Source: a virus
Strand: one strand, 5' to 3'
Length of the DNA stretch: 64,000 nucleotides
Virus record (IMG/VR): IMGVR_UViG_3300045988_174992
Shown one piece after another: positions 36,251-45,378 of this stretch. The position numbers and the translations under genes are program-made. The number at the start of each line of letters is the position of its first letter. Position 1 is the first letter of the stretch. Under the pieces are notes generated by a model that was not told the origin of the DNA, ran no database searches, and saw only the letters and a program-made list of their open reading frames with translations.

Positions 36251-37433
36251 AAACTATGATACATTATCCCAATTCAATGATGAATCTATACACCCAGAAA
36301 ACAAGATATGTTTGATAAAAGATAAAGGTGTAATATATTCAAATGGTGTACAGTATTCACATTCTAAAATGCATATAATACAAGATATTGGAGATTCAGA
36401 TAACATAGTAGATAAGTTTAATGAATTGAGAAAAGGTTTATTAGAATCAAATCTAATGGCAGCTAGGACACCACATACTCTCATTTACTGGACAGGAGAT
36501 TCTAATACTATAGATATTAGTGGTACTACATATACAGCTGAACCAGATAAAGTAAACATAGATGGGGTAGAATACTACCAGTTAAAATTAGATAAAGATT
36601 TAAATAATAGTTTTAGTAATAATACTTTTACTAATTTAATATTTAAAGATGTTGATACAAGTAATGTTACTAATATGAATAATATGTTCGGTTATTGCAA
36701 TGCTCTTACTTCTTTGTATGTGTCTGAATTTGATACAAGTAATGTTACTAATATGGCTAATATGTTTTATTATTGCGAGGCTCTTACTTCTTTAGATGTA
36801 TCTAAATTTGATACAAGTAATGTTACTAATATGTTTAATATGTTTGGTAGATGCTGTGCTCTTACTTCTTTAGATGTATCTAAATTTGATACAAGTAAAG
36901 TTACTAATATGAGTAATATGTTCAATAATTGCAGTTCTCTTACTTCTTTGGATGTATCTAAATGGGATACAAGTAAAGTTACTGGTATGTATAGTATGTT
37001 TAATTATTGCATATCTATTACTTCTTTAGATGTATCTAAATTTGATACTAGTAAAGTTACTGATATGTCTAGTATGTTTCAACATTGCAGATTACTTACT
37101 TCTTTTGATGTGTCAAATTTTAATACAAGTAATGTTACTAATATGAATACTATGTTCTCTTCTTGCAGTGCTCTTACTTCTTTGGACGTATCTGGGTGGG
37201 ATACAAGTAATGTTATTTATATGGGTTATATGTTCAGGAATTGCTGGGCTCTTACTTCTTTGGACATATCTGGATGGGATACAAGTAATGTTACTAATAT
37301 GAATAGTATATTCTCTGGTTGCAGTTCTCTTAAAACAATAAGAATGGTAGGTTGTTCACAGACTACTATAGATAAGATAAAAGCACAACTATCTACAGAT
37401 GGTATAACTGGATGTACTATTGTAACAGAATAA
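36234..37433 (+). CDS. BspA/DUF285-type leucine-rich-repeat fibre (receptor-binding) protein, paralog 1
   Basis: About 10 repeats of F..C..LTSLDVS.FDTS.VTNM..MF. Conserved N-terminal module and a C-terminal module ending LKTIRMVGCSQTTIDKIKAQLSTDGITGCTIVTE. Confidence 0.7.
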   Translation: MVKIFKNYDTLSQFNDESIHPENKICLIKDKGVIYSNGVQYSHSKMHIIQDIGDSDNIVDKFNELRKGLLESNLMAARTPHTLIYWTGDSNTIDISGTTYTAEPDKVNIDGVEYYQLKLDKDLNNSFSNNTFTNLIFKDVDTSNVTNMNNMFGYCNALTSLYVSEFDTSNVTNMANMFYYCEALTSLDVSKFDTSNVTNMFNMFGRCCALTSLDVSKFDTSKVTNMSNMFNNCSSLTSLDVSKWDTSKVTGMYSMFNYCISITSLDVSKFDTSKVTDMSSMFQHCRLLTSFDVSNFNTSNVTNMNTMFSSCSALTSLDVSGWDTSNVIYMGYMFRNCWALTSLDISGWDTSNVTNMNSIFSGCSSLKTIRMVGCSQTTIDKIKAQLSTDGITGCTIVTE

Positions 37434-37470
37434 ATATAACAGAATAAAATTTTATATATAAAAAGAAATC

Positions 37471-38217
37471 ATGGCTAAATTATTTAGAAATTACAATACA
37501 TTGGTGGAATATGAAGCAGACACAAATAAACCTGTAAACACAGTTTGTTTCATTAAAGATGCAAAGGTCATCTATGTAGATGGCATACGATATTCATATA
37601 AGCAACTTGACTATCTACCACCTGCTATTAATGAAGCAGAAGCATTAGAATATATGGGTAAGATTATTAAGAATGCCCAGGAAGTAGGATTGATTGGTAT
37701 ACCAGTACCTAAACTAGTACCTGGTATATACTGGACAGGAGATTCTAATATTATAAGTATTAGTGGTACAGATTATACAGCTGAATCTGATAATATAACT
37801 ATAGATGGTGTAGAATACTATCAGTTAAAATTGGATAAAGATTTAGATAATGATTTTTACAACTTTAATTATAATTATTTTACTAATTTAATATTTAAAG
37901 ATGTTGATACAAGTAATGTTACTAATATGAGTAATATGTTCGAAGGTTGTTGGGATCTTACTTCTTTGGATGTTAGTAATTTTGATACAAGTAATGTTAC
38001 TGATATAGGATTTATGTTTAGTGATTGTGGTTCTCTTACTTCTTTAGATATGTCTGGATGGGATATAAGTAACGCCATCAAAATGAACAAAATGCTCACT
38101 GGTTGTAGTGCTCTTAAAACTATCAGAATGGTAGGTTGTTCACAGACTACTATAGATAAGATAAAAGCACAATTATCTACTGATGGTATAACTGGTTGCA
38201 CTATTGTAACAGAATAA
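37471..38217 (+). CDS. BspA/DUF285-type LRR fibre protein, paralog 2
   Basis: Same N- and C-terminal modules, with about 3 LRR units. Confidence 0.7.
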   Translation: MAKLFRNYNTLVEYEADTNKPVNTVCFIKDAKVIYVDGIRYSYKQLDYLPPAINEAEALEYMGKIIKNAQEVGLIGIPVPKLVPGIYWTGDSNIISISGTDYTAESDNITIDGVEYYQLKLDKDLDNDFYNFNYNYFTNLIFKDVDTSNVTNMSNMFEGCWDLTSLDVSNFDTSNVTDIGFMFSDCGSLTSLDMSGWDISNAIKMNKMLTGCSALKTIRMVGCSQTTIDKIKAQLSTDGITGCTIVTE

Positions 38218-38250
38218 ATTATAACAGAATAATTATAACAGAATAAAATC

Positions 38251-39225
38251 ATGCCGAAAATATTTAGAAACTACAATACATTATCTCAATTCAATACTGA
38301 ATCCACACATCCAGAAAACAAGATATGTTTCATTAAAGATAATGGAGTAATATATTCAAATGGTGTACAGTATTCACCTTATAAAATGGACACTATAGCT
38401 AATATAGAAGATTCAGATAACATAGTAGATAAGTTTAATGAATTGAGAAAAGGTTTATTAGAATCAAATCTAATGGAAGCTAGAACACTACATACTGTCA
38501 TATACTGGACTGGAGATTCTAATACTATAAACATTAGTGGTACTACATATACAGCTGAACTAGATAAAATAAATATAGATGGTGTAGTATACTATCAGTT
38601 AAAATTGTATAAAGATTTAGATAATAATTTTTATAAATTTAGTAATAATACTTTTGCTAATTTAATATTTAAAGATGTTGATACAAGTAAAGTAACTAAT
38701 ATGAATAATATGTTCCATTATTGCAATGCTCTTACTTCTTTGGATGTATCTAAATTTGATACTAGTAAAGTTACTAACATGTCATGGATGTTTGAATATT
38801 GCATGTCTCTTACTTCTTTAGATTTGAGTACATGGGATACTAGTAAGGTTACTAATATGAATGCTATGTTCCTTTATTGTAGTGCTCTTACTTCTTTGGA
38901 TTTGAGTGGATTTGATACTAGTAAAGTTACTGATATGAGTTTTATGTTCAGTAATTGCAGTTCTCTTACTTCTTTGGATTTGAGTGGATTTGATACTAGT
39001 AAAGTTACTGATATGAGTTTTATGTTCAGTAATTGCAGTTCTCTTACTTCTTTGGATTTGAGTGGATGGGATACAAGTAATGTTAATAATATGCGTAATA
39101 TGTTCAGTGGTTGTAGTGCTCTTAAAACAATCAGAATGGTAGGTTGTTTGCAGACTACTATAGATAAGATAAAAGCACAACTATCTAGTAATGGTATAAC
39201 TGGATGCACTATTGTAACAGAATAA
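38251..39225 (+). CDS. BspA/DUF285-type LRR fibre protein, paralog 3
   Basis: Same modules, about 6 LRR units including a perfect 78-bp tandem duplication. Confidence 0.7.
   Translation: MPKIFRNYNTLSQFNTESTHPENKICFIKDNGVIYSNGVQYSPYKMDTIANIEDSDNIVDKFNELRKGLLESNLMEARTLHTVIYWTGDSNTINISGTTYTAELDKINIDGVVYYQLKLYKDLDNNFYKFSNNTFANLIFKDVDTSKVTNMNNMFHYCNALTSLDVSKFDTSKVTNMSWMFEYCMSLTSLDLSTWDTSKVTNMNAMFLYCSALTSLDLSGFDTSKVTDMSFMFSNCSSLTSLDLSGFDTSKVTDMSFMFSNCSSLTSLDLSGWDTSNVNNMRNMFSGCSALKTIRMVGCLQTTIDKIKAQLSSNGITGCTIVTE
38887..39042 (+). repeat. perfect 2 x 78-bp tandem duplication (one LRR unit)
   Basis: 38887..38964 and 38965..39042 read identically, each encoding LTSLDLSGFDTSKVTDMSFMFSNCSS. Confidence 0.85.
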
Positions 39226-39250
39226 TAGTTTTTATTTAAATAACATAAAA

Positions 39251-39276
39251 AGAAGAGGAATCTTAAGATTCCTCTT
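39251..39276. terminator. bidirectional hairpin terminator
   Basis: GAAGAGGAATC-TTAA-GATTCCTCTTC between convergent genes. Overlaps the stop of 39263..39754. Confidence 0.65.
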
Positions 39277-39754
39277 CCAATTTCTTTTTCAATTCTTCAC
39301 ATACCTTATGGTTTTCTTCTTCCATCTTCTTGATAGTTTCTGGATTTCCATCAAATGACTCAATTGTCTTTTTCATATCCTTTTTCAAATCTTCATATAG
39401 ATCTGGATTGATCTTAGTCCAATTCTTCCTAGGATCTTTCTTTCCGGTGTATTCCCAATCATCAAGAATTGTTTGAATAATATTGATTCTACACATTTCC
39501 CATTCATATTCATTCAATTCTTCAAACAATTCATCAACTTCTGAATTCAACTTCCACAATGTATCACCTTCAGAATCTGATGGAAACACATCCTTTGGTG
39601 TACAGATGCAAATCTGGCGAATCTTATTCTTTATTCCATCAATATTTTTTGAACATTCTTCTTTTGCTCGTTCAAAATCACTATAAGAAGTATATTGACA
39701 ACCTGGTAACCAAACTTCTCCTTTATAAGCTTTAATGCAATGATCTACTGACAT
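39263..39754 (-). CDS. hypothetical protein
   Basis: 163-aa ORF with an AAGGAGA Shine-Dalgarno-like sequence 7 nt upstream of the ATG. Confidence 0.65.
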   Translation of the reverse strand: MSVDHCIKAYKGEVWLPGCQYTSYSDFERAKEECSKNIDGIKNKIRQICICTPKDVFPSDSEGDTLWKLNSEVDELFEELNEYEWEMCRINIIQTILDDWEYTGKKDPRKNWTKINPDLYEDLKKDMKKTIESFDGNPETIKKMEEENHKVCEELKKKLEEES

Positions 39755-39783
39755 GATAATTCTCCTTTTAAATTAATATATGT

Positions 39784-40326
39784 TTAGCTGAAATCCGTAT
39801 ACAATGCAAATCTCAATCCTTCTTTAGTAATGAAATCATGATACTTAGGTTCAATAGTATTGTTCATAGCATACTTCTTGAACATATTTATTTCTCGTTG
39901 ATACTCTCTAGTAAAAGGTGTACGATGTTCAGGATACTGTTCATAATACTCTTTACCAGTGAAAGCACCGCAATCATATTTCAAAACATCACCAATCTCA
40001 TCTATGAACTCATCCCATGTATATGTACTTCCATTTTCACTAACAATACATGCATTGTTAGATTCAATGAAATTCTTAATGGACTCTAATACAGGTTCAT
40101 AGTACTTTAAGTCATTGGCATCCCAATCAAATACCCAACCACCAGATCTCTTACCAAGATGGATACGGTTTTTATCAATTTCTTCTTTTACCTCAAAAAT
40201 CTCCGCTTCAATAGCATCAATATCATAAGGTGTATTATTGATGAGCTCAATAGCCTTCTCAAGATTCTTTGTTACCTTCTTCTTTACTGGAATTACTGCA
40301 TAAAAATTTGTTCCCATATTATTCAA
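39784..40326 (-). CDS. hypothetical protein
   Basis: 180-aa ORF with an IHLGKRSGGW motif of unknown function. Confidence 0.6.
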   Translation of the reverse strand: MNNMGTNFYAVIPVKKKVTKNLEKAIELINNTPYDIDAIEAEIFEVKEEIDKNRIHLGKRSGGWVFDWDANDLKYYEPVLESIKNFIESNNACIVSENGSTYTWDEFIDEIGDVLKYDCGAFTGKEYYEQYPEHRTPFTREYQREINMFKKYAMNNTIEPKYHDFITKEGLRFALYTDFS

Positions 40327-40348
40327 ATTATTAAATTAATTATCCTTC

Positions 40349-40879
40349 TTATCCTAAGTTAACTCTATTTGATGTACCAATCTTGTTTACATAGATTTCA
40401 ATGTAAGTCATTCTACGGTTAGTACCGAAATCACCACCTTCATCCATGTTGTTGATGTAGACTAATTCATCTTTCATACCATTGATAAAGAACATTTCTC
40501 TCAAGGTTGAACCAGTCATTACATTATCATCATATTCTTCTGAATCACCATCCAAAATCATATAACCATTCTTTCTTGCGATATTATCTAAGTAAGTGAA
40601 ACCTACATAGTCACCACCTTCATCACCATAATTCAATGAAATTTTCCATTCATTCAAATTAGAGTTATGCAATATTGAAATGATATCTTTGATAGTGAAA
40701 CAAGAATCATCTTCTTTAATCACAAGAACAGTGTCATAATTCTTGTGGTTTACAATCTTAACTCCAAATGAAGTATTGTATTTATCATTAACATTCTCAA
40801 TATTGCTCTTGATAATTTCAGCTTTTGTCATAACTTCTGTTCTTAATATCACCGAAGTGATGTTATTAATCATAATCAT
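40349..40879 (-). CDS. hypothetical promoter-proximal protein
   Basis: Starts ATGATTATGATTAAT after promoter 40897..40925. Confidence 0.6.
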   Translation of the reverse strand: MIMINNITSVILRTEVMTKAEIIKSNIENVNDKYNTSFGVKIVNHKNYDTVLVIKEDDSCFTIKDIISILHNSNLNEWKISLNYGDEGGDYVGFTYLDNIARKNGYMILDGDSEEYDDNVMTGSTLREMFFINGMKDELVYINNMDEGGDFGTNRRMTYIEIYVNKIGTSNRVNLG

Positions 40880-40896
40880 TTTTATTTAACGATTAT

Positions 40897-40925
40897 AATA
40901 TAGAAAAAAGCCTTAATTTTTCAAA
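40897..40925 (-). promoter_or_regulatory. phage promoter, TTTGAAAT / TTCTATATT class
   Basis: Reverse complement reads TTTGAAAA-N12-TTCTATATTAT. Overlaps the stop of 40913..41152. Confidence 0.5.
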
Positions 40926-41152
40926 TTTTTCCTAAAATTTTTCAATTTATTTTTATTGTAATACTTTAGTATCTGATAAAATGCATACAATCCACCAACA
41001 AAACATAAGAAGATTATAATAGGGATCCAAAGTGGTGCAGTTACCCACCACCAAGACCAATCAATAACATTAGTCAACTTAAGTACAAGAAATACCAAGA
41101 ACAAGACACTTGAAAAGGATAATCCACTTGTATAATTGCTATTATTTTCCAT
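40913..41152 (-). CDS. small two-helix membrane protein
   Basis: 79 aa with two hydrophobic segments and a basic tail. Confidence 0.55.
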   Translation of the reverse strand: MENNSNYTSGLSFSSVLFLVFLVLKLTNVIDWSWWWVTAPLWIPIIIFLCFVGGLYAFYQILKYYNKNKLKNFRKNLKN

Positions 41153-41181
41153 TTGATTTTATATGTTTAAATTTGTTAAAT

Positions 41182-41270
41182 ATTCACACAGGGACGTTAA
41201 AATTATCTTAACTGATAGAATATACTGAAATATGTTATTCCGCTCCCTGTGTGACCCAGGCACATTCCTA
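41182..41270 (+). repeat. conserved helix-closed element, copy 2
   Basis: ATTCACACAGGGACG...TTCCGCTCCCTGTGTGACCCAGGCAC. Orientation is opposite to copy 1 relative to the flanking minus-strand genes. Confidence 0.7.
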
Positions 41271-41280
41271 TAGTTATTTT

Positions 41281-41739
41281 TCAAAAATGCTTAGCAAGTT
41301 CTGTATTTGAAAAGAACATCATATTGACACATTTAGCCATCCATTCAACTAAACCTTCATTACATGACTCTTCAAAATACTGACCAGATTCAAGCATGAT
41401 GTGAATACACTCATGTACAAATGTTTGCTTTATCTGTTCTGGTTTCAATGGCTTACCAGATGGAGTAGTCAATGACAAGTTGATTACCTGTTCTGATAAG
41501 TTGCTGTTACCAAAGATCCAGCAAGAAGTATCGTAATCAGAATATACTTTATCATGAAAACAAACATCAATGGTTTCACCAAACAAGTTGAACTGAAAAT
41601 CTTCATACTTCTTCTGTTTCTTCATATTTCTATTTGTATTAGTATTCTTTACATTATTGTTCTTTGAAGCTCTGCAAGGTTTGTTGAATATGATTTTCTC
41701 ATCAGGATTCAACACATCTTTTGCAAACTCAGTGTCCAT
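41281..41739 (-). CDS. putative zinc metallopeptidase (HExxH)
   Basis: FVHECIHIMLESG contains HExxH. 152 aa. Confidence 0.4.
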   Translation of the reverse strand: MDTEFAKDVLNPDEKIIFNKPCRASKNNNVKNTNTNRNMKKQKKYEDFQFNLFGETIDVCFHDKVYSDYDTSCWIFGNSNLSEQVINLSLTTPSGKPLKPEQIKQTFVHECIHIMLESGQYFEESCNEGLVEWMAKCVNMMFFSNTELAKHF

Positions 41740-41788
41740 AAAATCTACTACTTTTCCATAATCATCATTATTAATTATTTACGTAATG

Positions 41789-41818
41789 AATATAGAAAAA
41801 AATGCAGGAAATTTCAAA
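41789..41818 (-). promoter_or_regulatory. phage promoter nested in a terminator
   Basis: Reverse complement reads TTTGAAAT-N13-TTCTATATT. The -35 box lies in the loop of hairpin 41802..41833. Confidence 0.55.
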
Positions 41819-41833
41819 AGAAAAATCCTGCAT
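41795..41833 (-). terminator. rho-independent terminator
   Basis: ATGCAGGA (41802..41809) pairs with TCCTGCAT (41826..41833), followed by a T7 run on the minus strand. Confidence 0.65.
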
Positions 41834-41837
41834 TTTG

Positions 41838-42674
<837 letters not shown>

Positions 42675-42708
42675 TTTCTTATTTAAATACTAAACATTAT
42701 AAATATAG

Positions 42709-43347
42709 TTATTTGTCTTTAATAAGTTCACTCTTATTGTTATCAAAAACCATATCTTTTTCTTCAATTTCCAACTTTATTTTATCATCCATATATTTTA
42801 CAATATTGCTTGATCTAGTTCTCTTGAAGATATCCCATAAGTCATATAGCAATCCATCATCTGATGTGTTTGTAACATCAAATTCTGACCAATCAACAAT
42901 GAACCTTAGATTTTCCAATGCATAATTCTTAAGATCATCTTGTTCACCTTTAAAGTTGTCATCTAATGATTTGTCAAAGCCAAATGTACAATGCAATCCA
43001 TCTTTTGCATCTTCTTTCTTTTCAAACTCAAATCTAGAATCTATAATATTATCAGCATTAGCACCAAAATATTCTTTAGCTAAATCATCATCAGATGGCA
43101 TGCTTTCAAGAAGCAAATCAGATATATATTGATTGATATCATCATCTGTATAGTCTTCTGGTACTTCTATTACAAAAATACCTTTTCGGTTTTCTGGATC
43201 TTTCACCTTCCAAATAGCTTCAAAGTCATTCAATCTGATAGTCTGATCTCTATCTTCATTTAGAGCAAAAGGAGAGTTCGTTGCCAAGCTCTCCTTCATA
43301 TATTCTACTAACTGTTTCATAGTTTTATCCAATTCTAATTTGTTCAT
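42709..43347 (-). CDS. hypothetical acidic protein
   Basis: 212-aa ORF. Confidence 0.6.
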   Translation of the reverse strand: MNKLELDKTMKQLVEYMKESLATNSPFALNEDRDQTIRLNDFEAIWKVKDPENRKGIFVIEVPEDYTDDDINQYISDLLLESMPSDDDLAKEYFGANADNIIDSRFEFEKKEDAKDGLHCTFGFDKSLDDNFKGEQDDLKNYALENLRFIVDWSEFDVTNTSDDGLLYDLWDIFKRTRSSNIVKYMDDKIKLEIEEKDMVFDNNKSELIKDK

Positions 43348-43634
43348 GATAATGGTCCTTCATGACCTTTCATTCTGCCATTTTTCTTCAAACAAGCATC
43401 AAATACTTTTGATGAACTTGCTTTTGATTTAGCAGATTCCCAATCTTCTCTATTTACAAATATAGATTCAGGATATTTCTTGTAATCTGTATACCATCTT
43501 ATATCATATTTATCTACAAGTCTCCATACATCTATCATCTCATTGAGTTCAAGAACATTTTCATTATCTGTAGGATCCATTTTTGTAGGAGCATCACATT
43601 TCTTCTCCAACAGCATACATACTAAACTTCTCAT
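43344..43634 (-). CDS. hypothetical protein
   Basis: 96-aa ORF with a 4-nt overlap with the downstream gene. Confidence 0.55.
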   Translation of the reverse strand: MRSLVCMLLEKKCDAPTKMDPTDNENVLELNEMIDVWRLVDKYDIRWYTDYKKYPESIFVNREDWESAKSKASSSKVFDACLKKNGRMKGHEGPLS

Positions 43635-44321
43635 TTATAAATCTTTATGGTTTGGATTCATTGCCTTACAGATAGCATTGATAGCAGCTTTATCATCTTC
43701 TGATAAATACTTTAAGCAATCATCATCATGTCTACCACCTTTTTCTTGCATCAAATATACTGGAATGAAATTATCTGTATCTATAATATAGAAAAATTCC
43801 ACACGACCCGTATTAGTAAATAATTCTACAAAAGTAAATGGCTTCTTTGCTTCTAAATCATTTATCTTTTCAGCTATTCTACTGAATTTATTTGATATCT
43901 TTCTCCAATTACCTTCTGATATGATAGATTGTCGTAAGAAGATTTGTCTATCTCCACTTTTATTGGATGCAACATAAACATTAGAGAAGAATTCCAAATC
44001 ATCATTTTGTATTTCAAGAGCTGTACCTCTGCTAAGATCTCTCAAAATTGCACCACCTCTCCAATTCTTAGCTAATGCTTTAAGTCTAACAATAGATTTC
44101 TTATCGACATTATAGTAGATGTTGAATTTCTTTTCTTCATCATCTGGATTTTCGTTCATCAATTCTTTATCAATATTATCTTTAAATGCCTGCAAGAACT
44201 TTTCTGCTCGAGGATCTCCAAGTTTCTTTGCTTTCTTAGCAGCATTCAAATATGTTTCACCTTTCAATTCAAAAACATATTCATCAAGTTTTTCGTTTGG
44301 ATATTCCGAAATGCTAATCAT
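43635..44321 (-). CDS. hypothetical protein (weak CTS-like leader)
   Basis: MISISEYPNEKLDEYVFE|LKG. 228 aa. Confidence 0.6.
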   Translation of the reverse strand: MISISEYPNEKLDEYVFELKGETYLNAAKKAKKLGDPRAEKFLQAFKDNIDKELMNENPDDEEKKFNIYYNVDKKSIVRLKALAKNWRGGAILRDLSRGTALEIQNDDLEFFSNVYVASNKSGDRQIFLRQSIISEGNWRKISNKFSRIAEKINDLEAKKPFTFVELFTNTGRVEFFYIIDTDNFIPVYLMQEKGGRHDDDCLKYLSEDDKAAINAICKAMNPNHKDL

Positions 44322-44622
44322 TTTTTCCTTTATTTAATGCATTTATAGTGTCTATAATTTTCTTAAGAATATAGATATTGTCATAGTTGTCTGGTAATCC
44401 TTTTGCATCATCATTCATCATATCAGTCAATGCATTGAAGTTGATTCCACTGTCATCTACCAGTTTCTTGAAACCTTCTATATCTTTCTGGTTTGGTGCT
44501 TCTTTCATGAATGCGTCTAATGAAGATAATTCTATTCCTTTAGACCAATTGTCAAATTTCCATTGAATGTTGTCACCATCCAATTCTTCTTTCATGACTA
44601 CATAGCTCTTAAGATTAATCAT
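44314..44622 (-). CDS. hypothetical protein (weak CTS-like leader)
   Basis: MINLKSYVVMKEE. 102 aa. Confidence 0.55.
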   Translation of the reverse strand: MINLKSYVVMKEELDGDNIQWKFDNWSKGIELSSLDAFMKEAPNQKDIEGFKKLVDDSGINFNALTDMMNDDAKGLPDNYDNIYILKKIIDTINALNKGKND

Positions 44623-44990
44623 CGCTTTTTACCAGTATTTTTGAACCAATCATACAACTGTTCTGCAAAGTCAACTTTTTTAAAATTGAATGCAACCTTC
44701 ATAGTATCATAACTAGAATCATGAATTTCTATATACAGATATTCTTTTCCACTTATTGTTTCTGTATGAGCATCAAATGAAATTTCTTTGCTTTGACTTG
44801 AAGTGATCCAATCTTCTTTATTAGGACCACCATCACTGTACATATTCAGATTAGATACTAATTCTGATATGGCTTTGCTTTTTGACAACTTGGATAATTC
44901 TATATACTTGTCAATGAATTGCTTGAGAGTAATCTTCATTGTATATCTTTCAATGCTACTCTCAAGCAAATATTCAGATAAACTTTTCAT
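44619..44990 (-). CDS. hypothetical protein with CTS-like leader
   Basis: MKSLSEYLLE|SSI. 123 aa. Confidence 0.65.
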   Translation of the reverse strand: MKSLSEYLLESSIERYTMKITLKQFIDKYIELSKLSKSKAISELVSNLNMYSDGGPNKEDWITSSQSKEISFDAHTETISGKEYLYIEIHDSSYDTMKVAFNFKKVDFAEQLYDWFKNTGKKR

Positions 44991-44991
44991 C

Positions 44992-45372
44992 TTACTTACA
45001 ATTCTTTATGAATTTCTTAGCAGCTGATGTCAATCCAATTTTCTCTATCTTGAATGTAAACCAATCTTTATCATCTACTTTCTTGAAGTATATGAATAAT
45101 GAAATGAAGCTACCAAAGTTGTCCTCATACTTGAATTCAAACTTTTCATTCAAATTCTTCTTAATATATTCTACCATCTGTTCAGGTTTCTTGAACTTTG
45201 GATTACCATCATTGAATTCAAAAGTATCAGATGCAATAGAGCTTACAAGATTGTCTACTGTCAACTTCTTTGAATCTTTCTTTATTAAAGCATCAAGAAA
45301 ATCTTGCATTGTTGAAATGCAAGAATATTCTTTTGCTTTAGATTCTGAAATATATTCTGTTAATGATTTCAT
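44992..45372 (-). CDS. hypothetical protein with CTS-like leader
   Basis: MKSLTEYISE|SKA. 126 aa. Confidence 0.65.
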   Translation of the reverse strand: MKSLTEYISESKAKEYSCISTMQDFLDALIKKDSKKLTVDNLVSSIASDTFEFNDGNPKFKKPEQMVEYIKKNLNEKFEFKYEDNFGSFISLFIYFKKVDDKDWFTFKIEKIGLTSAAKKFIKNCK

Positions 45373-45378
45373 AATATT

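Noticed and set aside
32059-38250. T4-type late promoters (TATAAATA) upstream of the plus-strand fibre genes
   Set aside because: I found only near-matches (TATAAATG at 35861, TATAAAATAAT before 34144), and such strings are expected by chance in DNA this AT-rich. I did not annotate them as promoters.
38818-39209. Two antisense ORFs (120 and 111 aa) with striking internal repeats
   Set aside because: Their repeats are just the reverse-complement reading of the LRR tandem units of 38251..39225. The plus-strand gene has the conserved N- and C-terminal modules.
36234-39225. Diversity-generating retroelement acting on the LRR fibre genes
   Set aside because: There is no reverse transcriptase ORF and no template/variable repeat pair with adenine-specific mismatches in the window. 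The variation is in repeat-unit number and cassette content.
41185-41259. tRNA or tRNA-like gene (75 nt from TCACACA to CCA, with the helix followed by N-CCA)
   Set aside because: I could not fold it into a cloverleaf. It has no U8, no D-arm pairing and no T-loop consensus. The 5-bp internal hairpin has a loop (AATTATC) lacking U33 and a purine at position 37. The closing helix is 9-10 bp, not 7. I kept it only as a remark under the element finding.
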